A stretch of 54,257 nt of DNA from Phycisphaeraceae bacterium (GTDB lineage: Bacteria; Planctomycetota; Phycisphaerae; Phycisphaerales; Zrk34). Within the stretch, counting starts at the first letter, position 1. Every line of letters starts with the position of its first letter. The notes beneath the pieces were generated by a model, which saw only the letters and a program-made list of their open reading frames with translations, ran no database searches and was not told the DNA's origin. Below are positions 1-8,049 of this stretch, one piece after another. The stretch is taken from assembly GCA_040905565.1 (NCBI GenBank), contig JBBDRF010000016.1, positions 1 through 54,257 on the forward strand, given 5' to 3'. Both the position numbers and the translations under genes were made by a program.

Positions 1-98
1 CCCCACTTCCCGCCCCCCGCTACACGCCGCCCACCCCGCCGCCGCACGCTATCATCAGCAGGGAAACACGCGACTCAACATCGAAAGGGTTACGCATC

Positions 99-626
99 AT
101 GGCCGATGCCAACCAGCCGGAACACCATCCACGACACCGCCTCTCGCCTCGCGATGCACTCAGCTACACCATGATGGTCTGGCTCACCTCACTGGTCATC
201 GCCGGCGGCGCATTCGGCACCGCACTCGCAGTCGCCGCCACCGCCGATCCGCCCACCATGCCCGACCAGCCCATCAGGCCCTCGCTGATCATCGCCGCGT
301 TCATCGCCGTGCTAGGCGTCGTCATCCCGCTCGCCATCCACTGGCGACTGATGCACCGTTTCTGGCGCGGCGGCGTCGTCGAACCTCGTGGCTACCTCAT
401 CGCACAATCCGTCCTCTACGTCGGCTACGCACTCACCGTCGTCATCCTCAGCGTCATCGCCATGGTCCGCGTCGAAGCATGGATGTGCGAGTTCATGGCT
501 GCCGTTCTCGCCATGGCCCTCCTTCTACTCGCCTGGCCCACCGGCAGCGTCATGTACCACCACCAATCACGCGAAACCGAAGACAGCTCCGACACCCTCC
601 ACCTCCGCGAAGAAGACGAACCCTGA
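99..626 (+). CDS. hypothetical membrane protein (about 4 TM segments)
   Basis: 175-aa ORF with four hydrophobic stretches; C-ending codon bias matches neighbouring genuine genes. Confidence 0.7.
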   Translation: MADANQPEHHPRHRLSPRDALSYTMMVWLTSLVIAGGAFGTALAVAATADPPTMPDQPIRPSLIIAAFIAVLGVVIPLAIHWRLMHRFWRGGVVEPRGYLIAQSVLYVGYALTVVILSVIAMVRVEAWMCEFMAAVLAMALLLLAWPTGSVMYHHQSRETEDSSDTLHLREEDEP

Positions 627-684
627 CCCCCCTCACCTTTTGCGCATCTTGGTTTGGGCATGCGCCTGGTAAGCCGGCGCATCG

Positions 685-709
685 GAGCCGGCTTGTCCCC
701 AAGCCGGTC
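685..709 (+). repeat. REP-like palindrome, family G (GAGCCGGCTTGTCCCCAAGCCGGTC)
   Basis: Near-identical copies at 46485-46509 and, inverted, 46555-46579; degenerate copy at 9910-9933. Confidence 0.8.
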
Positions 710-753
710 ACGCCGAGAGATCGGCCAGCGTCCCAGCACCGATGAGGAAAACC

Positions 754-1212
754 ATGCGCTCAAAACGGTGGCTGCAAGCGGCACTAATCGCACTAATTCT
801 GATCGCAGCGATACCACTGGTGCTCGAGTTCGTGCCCCATCGAGACAATCACGACGCGTGGAGGAGCGCGGCAATGACTGCTTCACGCTTAAGTGGCCTT
901 CTCGACATGATCGAGCAAGCCGAGAGCCGTAAGGGGCCGGCTCCCACAGAATTATCGGAATTGGTGCGATGGCTGGCCATGTTCGACGGGGTTGATCGCT
1001 ATCCTGACCTGCCGCTGCATATCGCCATCGACCTGGAGGGCGACCGCATCGTGGACGATTGGGGTCAGACCGTCGTGGTGATTGCTGTCGAGGGGAGCGT
1101 GTGGGCGCTTGCCAGTCCCGGCGCGAACGGCACGTGGGAGGACGGCCGCGGAGACGATATTGTCGTCGTGCGACAGCCGACCGGCCGCGCTAAGTGGCTT
1201 CAGCCTGAATGA
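754..1212 (+). CDS. membrane-anchored protein with GspG/T2SS-G-like C-terminal domain
   Basis: N-terminal TM helix; DDWGQ...WALASPGANGTWEDGRGDDI resembles the GspG DPWG...SxGPDG...DDI motif. GAGGA precedes ATG 754. No GFTLIE prepilin site. Confidence 0.55.
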   Translation: MRSKRWLQAALIALILIAAIPLVLEFVPHRDNHDAWRSAAMTASRLSGLLDMIEQAESRKGPAPTELSELVRWLAMFDGVDRYPDLPLHIAIDLEGDRIVDDWGQTVVVIAVEGSVWALASPGANGTWEDGRGDDIVVVRQPTGRAKWLQPE

Positions 1213-1235
1213 GGCCACCCCCAACGCGACACCTT

Positions 1236-1261
1236 ACGAGCCGCGACCGTCAGGGAGCGGT
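1236..1261 (+). repeat. REP-like element, family D (ACGAGCCGCGACCGTCAGGGAGCGGT)
   Basis: Inverted copy at 37975-38000 (25/26 identical) and a more divergent inverted copy at 52401-52426. Confidence 0.8.
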
Positions 1262-1320
1262 TGTGTGCCAGAATTTTGCGCGCGATTTGCATACAGGGCC
1301 AGGCCTCGGCGATCGGCGAA

Positions 1321-1333
1321 AATCAACGACTTA
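1321..1333 (+). promoter_or_regulatory. IHF-consensus site
   Basis: AATCAACGACTTA matches WATCAANNNNTTR exactly; lies in an intergenic gap between convergent genes. Confidence 0.4.
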
Positions 1334-1464
1334 CGCAACAGATGAAAAAGACTGCTCAGGCGACGGACGACACCGCACGCCTTCGAGGCGTCAATTCGGT
1401 CGGTCATCGCGCAAGGCGTTTGCCTCTGGAGCTGGTCCACGCCACGCGTTGCCACCGAACGAAA

Positions 1465-1493
1465 GAAGCCCACGGCGTCACGCCGTGGGCTTC
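1465..1493. repeat. REP-like hairpin / probable terminator, family B (GAAGCCCACGGCG-TCA-CGCCGTGGGCTTC)
   Basis: Perfect 13-bp stem; related copies at 9866-9894, 47738-47773 and 48733-48768, all at gene 3' ends. Confidence 0.85.
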
Positions 1494-1527
1494 CTGATTC
1501 ATTGTCTTAAGCCGGTCGCCCGCAGAA

Positions 1528-3744
1528 TCAGCGTGACGTCAGGCTTCTGCCGAGCTCCTTCTCCAGCTGCAGAAGTCGGCGGCGGGTGTTCTCGACGTCC
1601 TGCTCGACGACGCGGGAACTCAGCGTCCCCGGGCCTGAATCTTCCATCGCAAAGCTCACCCGCTGGGTGGTGCGGGTGAGGATGCCGCCGCCCGGCAGGG
1701 GATGATCGAAGTCGATGTCCAGCACATAAGCGTCGGTGAAGAAGTCCATGTCGACCTCGCCGTACTCGGTCTCCACCGTCGTCGTTTCGCCGATGGGATC
1801 GCCCGGCACAACGCGGAACTCATTCTGGAACCACGCGCCCTGCGTGAAACGCCAGACCTCAGCGGTGACGTATCCGGGGGAGGGGTTCGCCGAACCACCG
1901 ACGAAGAAGAAGTGCCGCAACGGCTGAACGTGCTGAGGCGTGGACCAGTCCGACCAGTCGCTGTGAAGCAGGAACAGGTCGTCATGCTCCTCACGCTGCT
2001 CTTCGGGCAGACTGCTGCCGCGATCGAACAGCGGGTTCACCACGGACACACGCATGCGGTAGCGGTAGGTTTTGCCCTCTTCGACGAACATGTCGTGCGC
2101 CCAGATATCAAGGTTACGATCGTGGACGTATTCCAGGGGAATCGCACCGAAGTGCGTGCGACGGTAGATCGTCAGTTCCTCGGCAAGTTCGGACTCGCCG
2201 AGCCGACGACCAGCCTCGGCGCGCGATGTGCGTCGCCCGCTGGTGCGACGACGGGGATCGCTGCCAGGACGCATGCCGCCGACACCGGGGTATCCGCCCG
2301 GCCCGACGCCCGGATAGCCCCCGGGCTCCACGCCGGGGTATCCGCCAGGCCCACCCGACCCACCAGGCCCACCAGGCCCGATTCCGGGATAACCGCCCGG
2401 TCCGGCAGGCCCCGTGCCCGGATAGCCGCCCGGTCCGGCGGGCCCCGTCTCGGGATAGCCGCCGAGTTCGCCAGGCAGTCCGCCGCCGACTGCTCCGCCG
2501 CCGCGTCGTGGACCGCGTGGCGGTTCCTGGCCCGTCAATTCAGCGTACTCGACCTCGGCTTCGTAAAGATCCTCTTGCAGCCGCTGCACACGCTGGCGGT
2601 GCTGTTCGAGCCGTTGCTGCTGTGCGTTGTTGCCGTTGTTGGGGCGTTGCCGGTCGCGGTCCCGGCCGCCGCCGCCGCCGCTGGTCGCACCGCCTGGGCC
2701 GTACCCTTCGATACCGCCCGGCTCTGAGCCACCGCGATCACGGTCAGGCCGCCGGGTGTTGCCCGCTCGCTGGCCCGAACGCTGCAGCTGCTGCATCTGC
2801 TGCTGCGCCTGTTCGAGACGGCGCTCGTCGCTTTCGATCTGCTCACGCAGTTCCGTGATCCGTGCGATCGGCACTTCCTTCATGGCCTCGGCATCGGGCG
2901 CACGCCAGTTCCGCGCCATCAGCGCGAAGAATGGTCGCTGAATCACGTCCAGCTGGCTCTCGTGCAGGGCGTTGACGATCTCCCCGGCTTCCTCGGCTTC
3001 CAGACGCTCGGGCGTCTCGCCGAAGCCCAGCGAGCCCGGTACCTCACGCACCGGCTCAGGCGACGACCAGGACCCGTCCGCCAACTGCACCTGACGCTCG
3101 ACATCGACCCTCACGATCGCCAGCGAATCCGTCCACCAGCTCTCAGGCACGCGCCGGCTGGCGTTGTCGTCGTAGCTGCTCAGCTCGCGCACGAGTTCGA
3201 GGACGTCAAACTCGCCGACCAGCGAGACCCACGCAAGGTCCGCCGATTCTTCACGACCGCGGTCGGCGAAGTAGCCCGCCAGCCTGGTATTTTCCTCAAG
3301 TTCGTACTGTTCGATGGTGCCGATGTCCGCCTTGGCCGCGACGATCGGGACGGTGGGGATGTTGGGAACCTGGAAGGGATGCCTGGTGCCCGGCAGCGGA
3401 TCATCGCCCGGGAACAGCGGCAACGCGCCGACGGGCGCATCGAAACGCGCCTCCGCCAGCAGCGGCTCCCGCTGACGCATCTGCAGGGTCTGGTTGTAAG
3501 GCGGCACGACGATCCCCGCCAGCTCTTCAGGCGTCCCGCCTTCGAGCAGCGCCTGTAGCCGTTGCGCCTCGTCGTTGATGACCTCGTCGACCTCGGCAGG
3601 ACCCGCCGACTGACCGCTGATCTCCACTGTGTTCGGCGTGCCGATCAGGTAGTGGTACGTCGCGGCGAGGAGGATCGCGCCGGTGACGCCCAGCACGATC
3701 TTCTCAGCGTTACGCTCGAAAAAATTAATATTACGAATCTTCAT
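1528..3744 (-). CDS. hypothetical membrane-anchored protein of the pilM operon (coiled coil, GGYPG low-complexity tract, FN3-like C-terminal part)
   Basis: 738 aa; N-terminal TM; Q/R-rich coiled coil; six GGYP repeats; VEEGKTYRYRMRV beta-strand motif; third gene of the pilM run. Confidence 0.8.
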   Translation of the reverse strand: MKIRNINFFERNAEKIVLGVTGAILLAATYHYLIGTPNTVEISGQSAGPAEVDEVINDEAQRLQALLEGGTPEELAGIVVPPYNQTLQMRQREPLLAEARFDAPVGALPLFPGDDPLPGTRHPFQVPNIPTVPIVAAKADIGTIEQYELEENTRLAGYFADRGREESADLAWVSLVGEFDVLELVRELSSYDDNASRRVPESWWTDSLAIVRVDVERQVQLADGSWSSPEPVREVPGSLGFGETPERLEAEEAGEIVNALHESQLDVIQRPFFALMARNWRAPDAEAMKEVPIARITELREQIESDERRLEQAQQQMQQLQRSGQRAGNTRRPDRDRGGSEPGGIEGYGPGGATSGGGGGRDRDRQRPNNGNNAQQQRLEQHRQRVQRLQEDLYEAEVEYAELTGQEPPRGPRRGGGAVGGGLPGELGGYPETGPAGPGGYPGTGPAGPGGYPGIGPGGPGGSGGPGGYPGVEPGGYPGVGPGGYPGVGGMRPGSDPRRRTSGRRTSRAEAGRRLGESELAEELTIYRRTHFGAIPLEYVHDRNLDIWAHDMFVEEGKTYRYRMRVSVVNPLFDRGSSLPEEQREEHDDLFLLHSDWSDWSTPQHVQPLRHFFFVGGSANPSPGYVTAEVWRFTQGAWFQNEFRVVPGDPIGETTTVETEYGEVDMDFFTDAYVLDIDFDHPLPGGGILTRTTQRVSFAMEDSGPGTLSSRVVEQDVENTRRRLLQLEKELGRSLTSR

Positions 3745-3783
3745 CGGCGGATCTCCGCTTAACAGGCTGAGTGGGTCACGTGC

Positions 3784-5265
3784 TTAACGCCCGGGGGTCC
3801 GAGTGGGGGTCCGACCGGGATCCGTCGGGGTACGAGACGGCGTCCCGCCTCGAGCAGGCGCCGCCCCCGACTGGCCCCCCGCGCCGCTGCCGCCGCCATC
3901 GCTGGCTTCCTCCAGTTCACGCGGCGGCAGGCCCAGCCACATGCGCACGCTGTCGGGCATCAGGCCCGAATTGAATGGCTCGTCCAGTTCCTCGGCGTGC
4001 TCTTGCGAGAGATGGCCTGCTGTCCACGACCGCAGCCAGATCGTCTCGACCACCAGGTCCAGTCGCACCGCGTCGACCGAGCCGTAATAGTAAAAGTCAC
4101 GCAGATGCGCGTATTCGTCGATGTCTTCGATGTCCGTGCCGATGACGGTCATCATGTTCACGTCGTTGATGGCGTTCAGCAGCGCGGGAATCTGCTGCGA
4201 GTCGACGATCACCGCCATCTTCGCATGCCGTACGTCGTAGATGGCATTGGAGACGCGGCCCGTCGGGCTCACCGAGAAATCTTGCGGAAGACGCTCGCTC
4301 GCCTGGCTCTCAAGATCGCTGATCAACTGCTCCGCGGCCGACTCGTCCACCGGGCCCTCGACCGGCTGCAGGTCGCCGATGTAACCGGGCAGCACTTCCA
4401 TGAAGAGCAGTCGTTTGACCGGCATCGTCAGCAGCGAATCGGCGGGGTCATCCGAGCCGTTGGCGCGATTGATCGCCCGCACCAGATCCTGCTGAATCCA
4501 CAGCTGAAGCTGACCTTCCCAGATGTCGAACATGTCCGGGTTGGACGACTGTGCCCAGTCGCCCACGTCGAACGGGCCGGGGTTCCAGTCGCCACGGATG
4601 TCCAGCGACACCGGGTCGGCGAAAACGCTGAACATGGTGGGGTGTTCACGCAGGAAGCTGAACAGACGCTCACGCTGACGCTCGCGCAGCTCGGTGGTCT
4701 GCTCTTCGTTAAGTTGTTCCGGAGCGGGGAAGATCTGCCTCAGCATCGCTTCACGCTCCTGATTGAGCAGATCGTCGACCTCCGCCTGCGTCGGCACCGA
4801 CCCCGCGTTGAGCTGTTTGTAAAGCGTGGCGAAGGCGGCGGCGTAGGCGTCACGGGCCTGGAAGCGGCGCGACTGGAACGAACCGGGATCGGGCAGCAGC
4901 CCATCGAGCATCGGCTCATGGCCGCGCTGATTCAACTGCGAAACCGTCCGGTAAACGCCCTGGTACTCGCGCTCCAGATCGTTGTAGATGCTTTCGAGCT
5001 GGCTGATCGCCCCAGAGTTCGCGACGACCTGCAGCTGCAGCGGCGCATCGTCCGGCTCCGGGCCCGGGGCCGTGATCGAGGTCCGACGCAGCCCCTGGAG
5101 CGTGTCGATATCGCGACCACGCTCGCTGAGCACACTGCGGAACTCACTGGACGTCCGGTACGTCGGGTAATAGAAGCTTACCAGCGACACCAGCATGATG
5201 ACGATGCACAGCACCATCAGCGGGTAAGCTTTCATCCAATCAAGCACTTGATGAACGTTATTCAC
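3784..5265 (-). CDS. hypothetical membrane-anchored protein, possibly PilO-like
   Basis: 493 aa; N-terminal TM; start overlaps the pilM stop; its position after pilM(N) suggests a PilO analogue. Confidence 0.75.
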   Translation of the reverse strand: MNNVHQVLDWMKAYPLMVLCIVIMLVSLVSFYYPTYRTSSEFRSVLSERGRDIDTLQGLRRTSITAPGPEPDDAPLQLQVVANSGAISQLESIYNDLEREYQGVYRTVSQLNQRGHEPMLDGLLPDPGSFQSRRFQARDAYAAAFATLYKQLNAGSVPTQAEVDDLLNQEREAMLRQIFPAPEQLNEEQTTELRERQRERLFSFLREHPTMFSVFADPVSLDIRGDWNPGPFDVGDWAQSSNPDMFDIWEGQLQLWIQQDLVRAINRANGSDDPADSLLTMPVKRLLFMEVLPGYIGDLQPVEGPVDESAAEQLISDLESQASERLPQDFSVSPTGRVSNAIYDVRHAKMAVIVDSQQIPALLNAINDVNMMTVIGTDIEDIDEYAHLRDFYYYGSVDAVRLDLVVETIWLRSWTAGHLSQEHAEELDEPFNSGLMPDSVRMWLGLPPRELEEASDGGGSGAGGQSGAAPARGGTPSRTPTDPGRTPTRTPGR

Positions 5266-7759
5266 GGCGGCCCTCCGCGTCGGCGACGGGTTGCATGTCC
5301 TGCGGTTCGTCTGGGTCAGTCTCTTCGTTGTTCTGGCGGCGCGTCTCCGGATCGAGGATCTCGACGCGCCAGCGGATCACGAAACGCCAATCTCCGGTCT
5401 TCTCTTCTTCAGCGAGCGGATGCTTCGGCAGCAGCGCTTCCATCGCGCCTTCGGGGACGTTCTGCGTTGTCGGTGACTGGCGCATCGAGCGCCCTCCGCC
5501 CGGCGAGCCGCCGCCTGCCCCTGGGTATCCGCCCACCGAGCCGGGGTAACCGCCGCCGCCGCCGGCACCGGGATAACCGGGGTTGGCACCGCCTCCGCCG
5601 TAGGGGCTTGGGCCGGAGCCGCCGGGGCCTCCGGGGCCGCCGGGGCCGAGTTCGCCCGGGCCTCCTGAGAGTCCGGGGTAGCCGCCCGGTGCCGCACCGC
5701 CGCCGTAGGGCGAAGCGCCCCGGCCGGATGTCTGGCCTCGTTGACGACGCGTATCCCGTGTTCGCTGCTCGGTTTCCGGGGCGGCATCGGCGGGCATCAC
5801 GTTGTCCAGCTCCACCGACAGGATGCGGTAGGGGCGGTCGGGGCGATCGCTGTTCTGCTGAAGCCAGCGGACGACCGTTTCGTCGAGCAGTTTGTAGGCT
5901 TCGCTGTAGGGGGTCGTCCCGGTGAGCGTGATCTCAAGCACGGGCCTTACGGAGGAATCGACCGAGGACGACTGTGAGCTGCCGCGTGAGGACCCACCGC
6001 GAGAGGAGGCCCCACCGCGTGCTGGCGATTGGCCGCTGGTTCCGCCGCCCATACTGGGATCGCTGCCGGTGGCGCCGGGGTACCCACCGCCGGCTCCACC
6101 GGGATAACCGCCCGATCCGCCGGGGCTCAGGCTGCCGGGGCCCGCGCTGCCGGGGTATCCACCGCCACCAGCGCCCGGATATCCGCCGCCACCGCCTCGC
6201 CCGCCGCCTGCTCCGCCGCGCCCGGCGGGGCCCATGCTGCTGCTGCTTTCGCCGGTGCGAATGTCGTGAAGCTCATCGTTGTACGAATAGCTGTATTCGA
6301 TTTGCGAAACCGCCAGCAGCCGACGCTGGGCGCGTGGGATCGCTGCCACGGATTCGGCATCACCGCTGACCAGCGCTTCCTGCGCCTGGCTCGACTGCAG
6401 CGCCTGCTGCACGTCCCGGAGGATCATCGGCCAGATCTTCCGGTATTCCTGCGTGTTGCGGATGTTCTCGATCTTCAGCCGCGGATCCGGCCCGCCTTCG
6501 ATCGCCCGCAGATCACGCTGGGCGCTCTCCGCCCGGGAGATCACATTTTGAATTTCACGGCGGATCGGTTCGTTCGCTTCGTACTTGCCTTTGTCGACGA
6601 TGTTCGAGCTGTACGCGATGCCCGCCGAGGCGGCGAACATCAGCGTCGCGGCCACCATCCAGGGCTGCTTCCGCTGCCAGATCTGGCGTTTTGCGATCGC
6701 CAGCGGCAGCAGGTTGCACGAAACCCGCTCAACCTCGAGCCCCTGCAACGCCAGCCCGTAAGCCGGCGCCAGCGAGCACGCATTGTCGTTGAATTGCGAG
6801 GCGACCTTGGACGACGCTTCGATCTGCTCGAACTTCTGCAGCCGCTCCACGTCCACCTGCAACTGCTGCTTGAGGAACTTCTGGATACCCGGCAGGCGGA
6901 ACGTCGAGCCGAGCCCGATCACCCGAGTGATTTCCGCATCGCGGTTGGCCGACTGGTAAAAGCCCAGCGACTTCTGCACTTCGCCGACGAGGTCGACAAA
7001 CACCGGCCGCATCGCCTGGAAGATCTGCCGGGCGTACTTGCTCGTCGCCGCTTCGCGTTTGATCTTCTCAGCCTTGGAATAGCTGAGCTTGAAGCTGCGG
7101 ACCAGCGCTTCGGTGAAGTGGTGCCCGCCGATGGGGATCGTTCGAAGCCACAGCCTTGAGCCTTCGACGATGATCAGGTCCGTCGCCGACGTGCCGATGT
7201 CCATAATCAGCGTGCCCGGCGAATCCGGTCCCATCTCCTGGTCGTGCGCGAGGGCGTTGTACGAAGCCACCGGCGCCAGCGACACGCCATGCACCGGGAT
7301 GCCGACGGCGCGGAAGTTCGCCAGCCAGTTCATCGCCCGTTCACGCGTGATCGCGAAGATGCCCACCTCCACGTCAGGCGAATCAGGATCCTGGAATGTC
7401 TGGTAATCCCACTCCACCTGGTCGATGGGGAAGGGGATCTGCTGCACCGCTTCGAACTTCACGATGTCAGGCACTTTCTTCGGCTCAACCGGCGGCAGCT
7501 TCGCGAACCGCGCGAACGCTGAGTGCCCCGGCACCGAAACCACCACCGTCGCCTTATCAAGCGACTTCTTCGCAGTGAACTGATTCAGCGCCACCCGGAT
7601 CGCCTCTTCGCGATCAATGTCAGGCGTCGTCAAAACCTTCTTATAGGGAATGATCTCGAAGTCCGTCATCGCCACCGTTTTGCCGGCACGTTGGAGACGA
7701 ATGGCCTTCAGCGCGTTGGCGCCGACTTCGATTCCCCAACAATCGTTCGGACTGGGCAT
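5258..7759 (-). CDS. pilM: type IV pilus assembly protein PilM fused to a TM/PilN-like domain with Gly/Pro/Tyr-rich inserts
   Basis: WGIEVGANALKA, FEAVQQIPF, MDIGTSATD and IPIGGHHFTEAL actin-like PilM motifs; NLLP followed by a TM helix (PilN signature). Confidence 0.9.
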   Translation of the reverse strand: MPSPNDCWGIEVGANALKAIRLQRAGKTVAMTDFEIIPYKKVLTTPDIDREEAIRVALNQFTAKKSLDKATVVVSVPGHSAFARFAKLPPVEPKKVPDIVKFEAVQQIPFPIDQVEWDYQTFQDPDSPDVEVGIFAITRERAMNWLANFRAVGIPVHGVSLAPVASYNALAHDQEMGPDSPGTLIMDIGTSATDLIIVEGSRLWLRTIPIGGHHFTEALVRSFKLSYSKAEKIKREAATSKYARQIFQAMRPVFVDLVGEVQKSLGFYQSANRDAEITRVIGLGSTFRLPGIQKFLKQQLQVDVERLQKFEQIEASSKVASQFNDNACSLAPAYGLALQGLEVERVSCNLLPLAIAKRQIWQRKQPWMVAATLMFAASAGIAYSSNIVDKGKYEANEPIRREIQNVISRAESAQRDLRAIEGGPDPRLKIENIRNTQEYRKIWPMILRDVQQALQSSQAQEALVSGDAESVAAIPRAQRRLLAVSQIEYSYSYNDELHDIRTGESSSSMGPAGRGGAGGGRGGGGGYPGAGGGGYPGSAGPGSLSPGGSGGYPGGAGGGYPGATGSDPSMGGGTSGQSPARGGASSRGGSSRGSSQSSSVDSSVRPVLEITLTGTTPYSEAYKLLDETVVRWLQQNSDRPDRPYRILSVELDNVMPADAAPETEQRTRDTRRQRGQTSGRGASPYGGGAAPGGYPGLSGGPGELGPGGPGGPGGSGPSPYGGGGANPGYPGAGGGGGYPGSVGGYPGAGGGSPGGGRSMRQSPTTQNVPEGAMEALLPKHPLAEEEKTGDWRFVIRWRVEILDPETRRQNNEETDPDEPQDMQPVADAEGRRE

Positions 7760-7941
7760 CAGTGAGACTCCTCATTAGCGAATCGCGTCGGCTCGGCCGC
7801 GAGTGCGGCGGTCGCCTGCCTGCCTGGCTGCGCTCTTACACGCAACCCAAAAGCCCCCAACTGGGGCATGAAACTGCCTCACAAGCCCGTGAGGTGGGGC
7901 ACGACGATGCCGACAGTGTACCATCTATCAGCATCCTCTGT

Positions 7942-7970
7942 ATTAAAGGTGCAACGGCCAAGCGGGTCAA
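7942..7970 (-). promoter_or_regulatory. putative sigma70 promoter of the pilM operon
   Basis: TTGACC-17 nt-TTTAAT on the minus strand. Confidence 0.5.
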
Positions 7971-8011
7971 GGCCAGTTTGCTATTCCTTGTGTTTATCTC
8001 GCGCTCACCGC

Positions 8012-8040
8012 TTGACGTTTCCCCCTCTTCTTCGCACCAT
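8012..8040 (+). promoter_or_regulatory. putative sigma70 promoter of argS (very short leader)
   Basis: TTGACG-17 nt-CACCAT, 9 nt before ATG 8050; no Shine-Dalgarno visible. Confidence 0.4.
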
Positions 8041-8049
8041 AGCCCGGCT

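Noticed and set aside
2270..2500. Tandem DNA repeats as a CRISPR array or VNTR
   Set aside because: They are in-frame codons of GGYPG repeats with no unique spacers and no cas genes.
3997..5925. Long antisense ORFs (e.g. 642 aa here; also 30017-31735, 34215-35666, 26468-27910, 50733-52196)
   Set aside because: They are shadows of well-supported genes on the opposite strand, expected in high-GC DNA, and show no motifs.
7762..8049. N-terminal extensions in the ORF track (argS; also aspS, ANTAR regulator, pilT, HhH-GPD, HAD)
   Set aside because: Recognisable homology and RBS or promoter positions favour the downstream starts.
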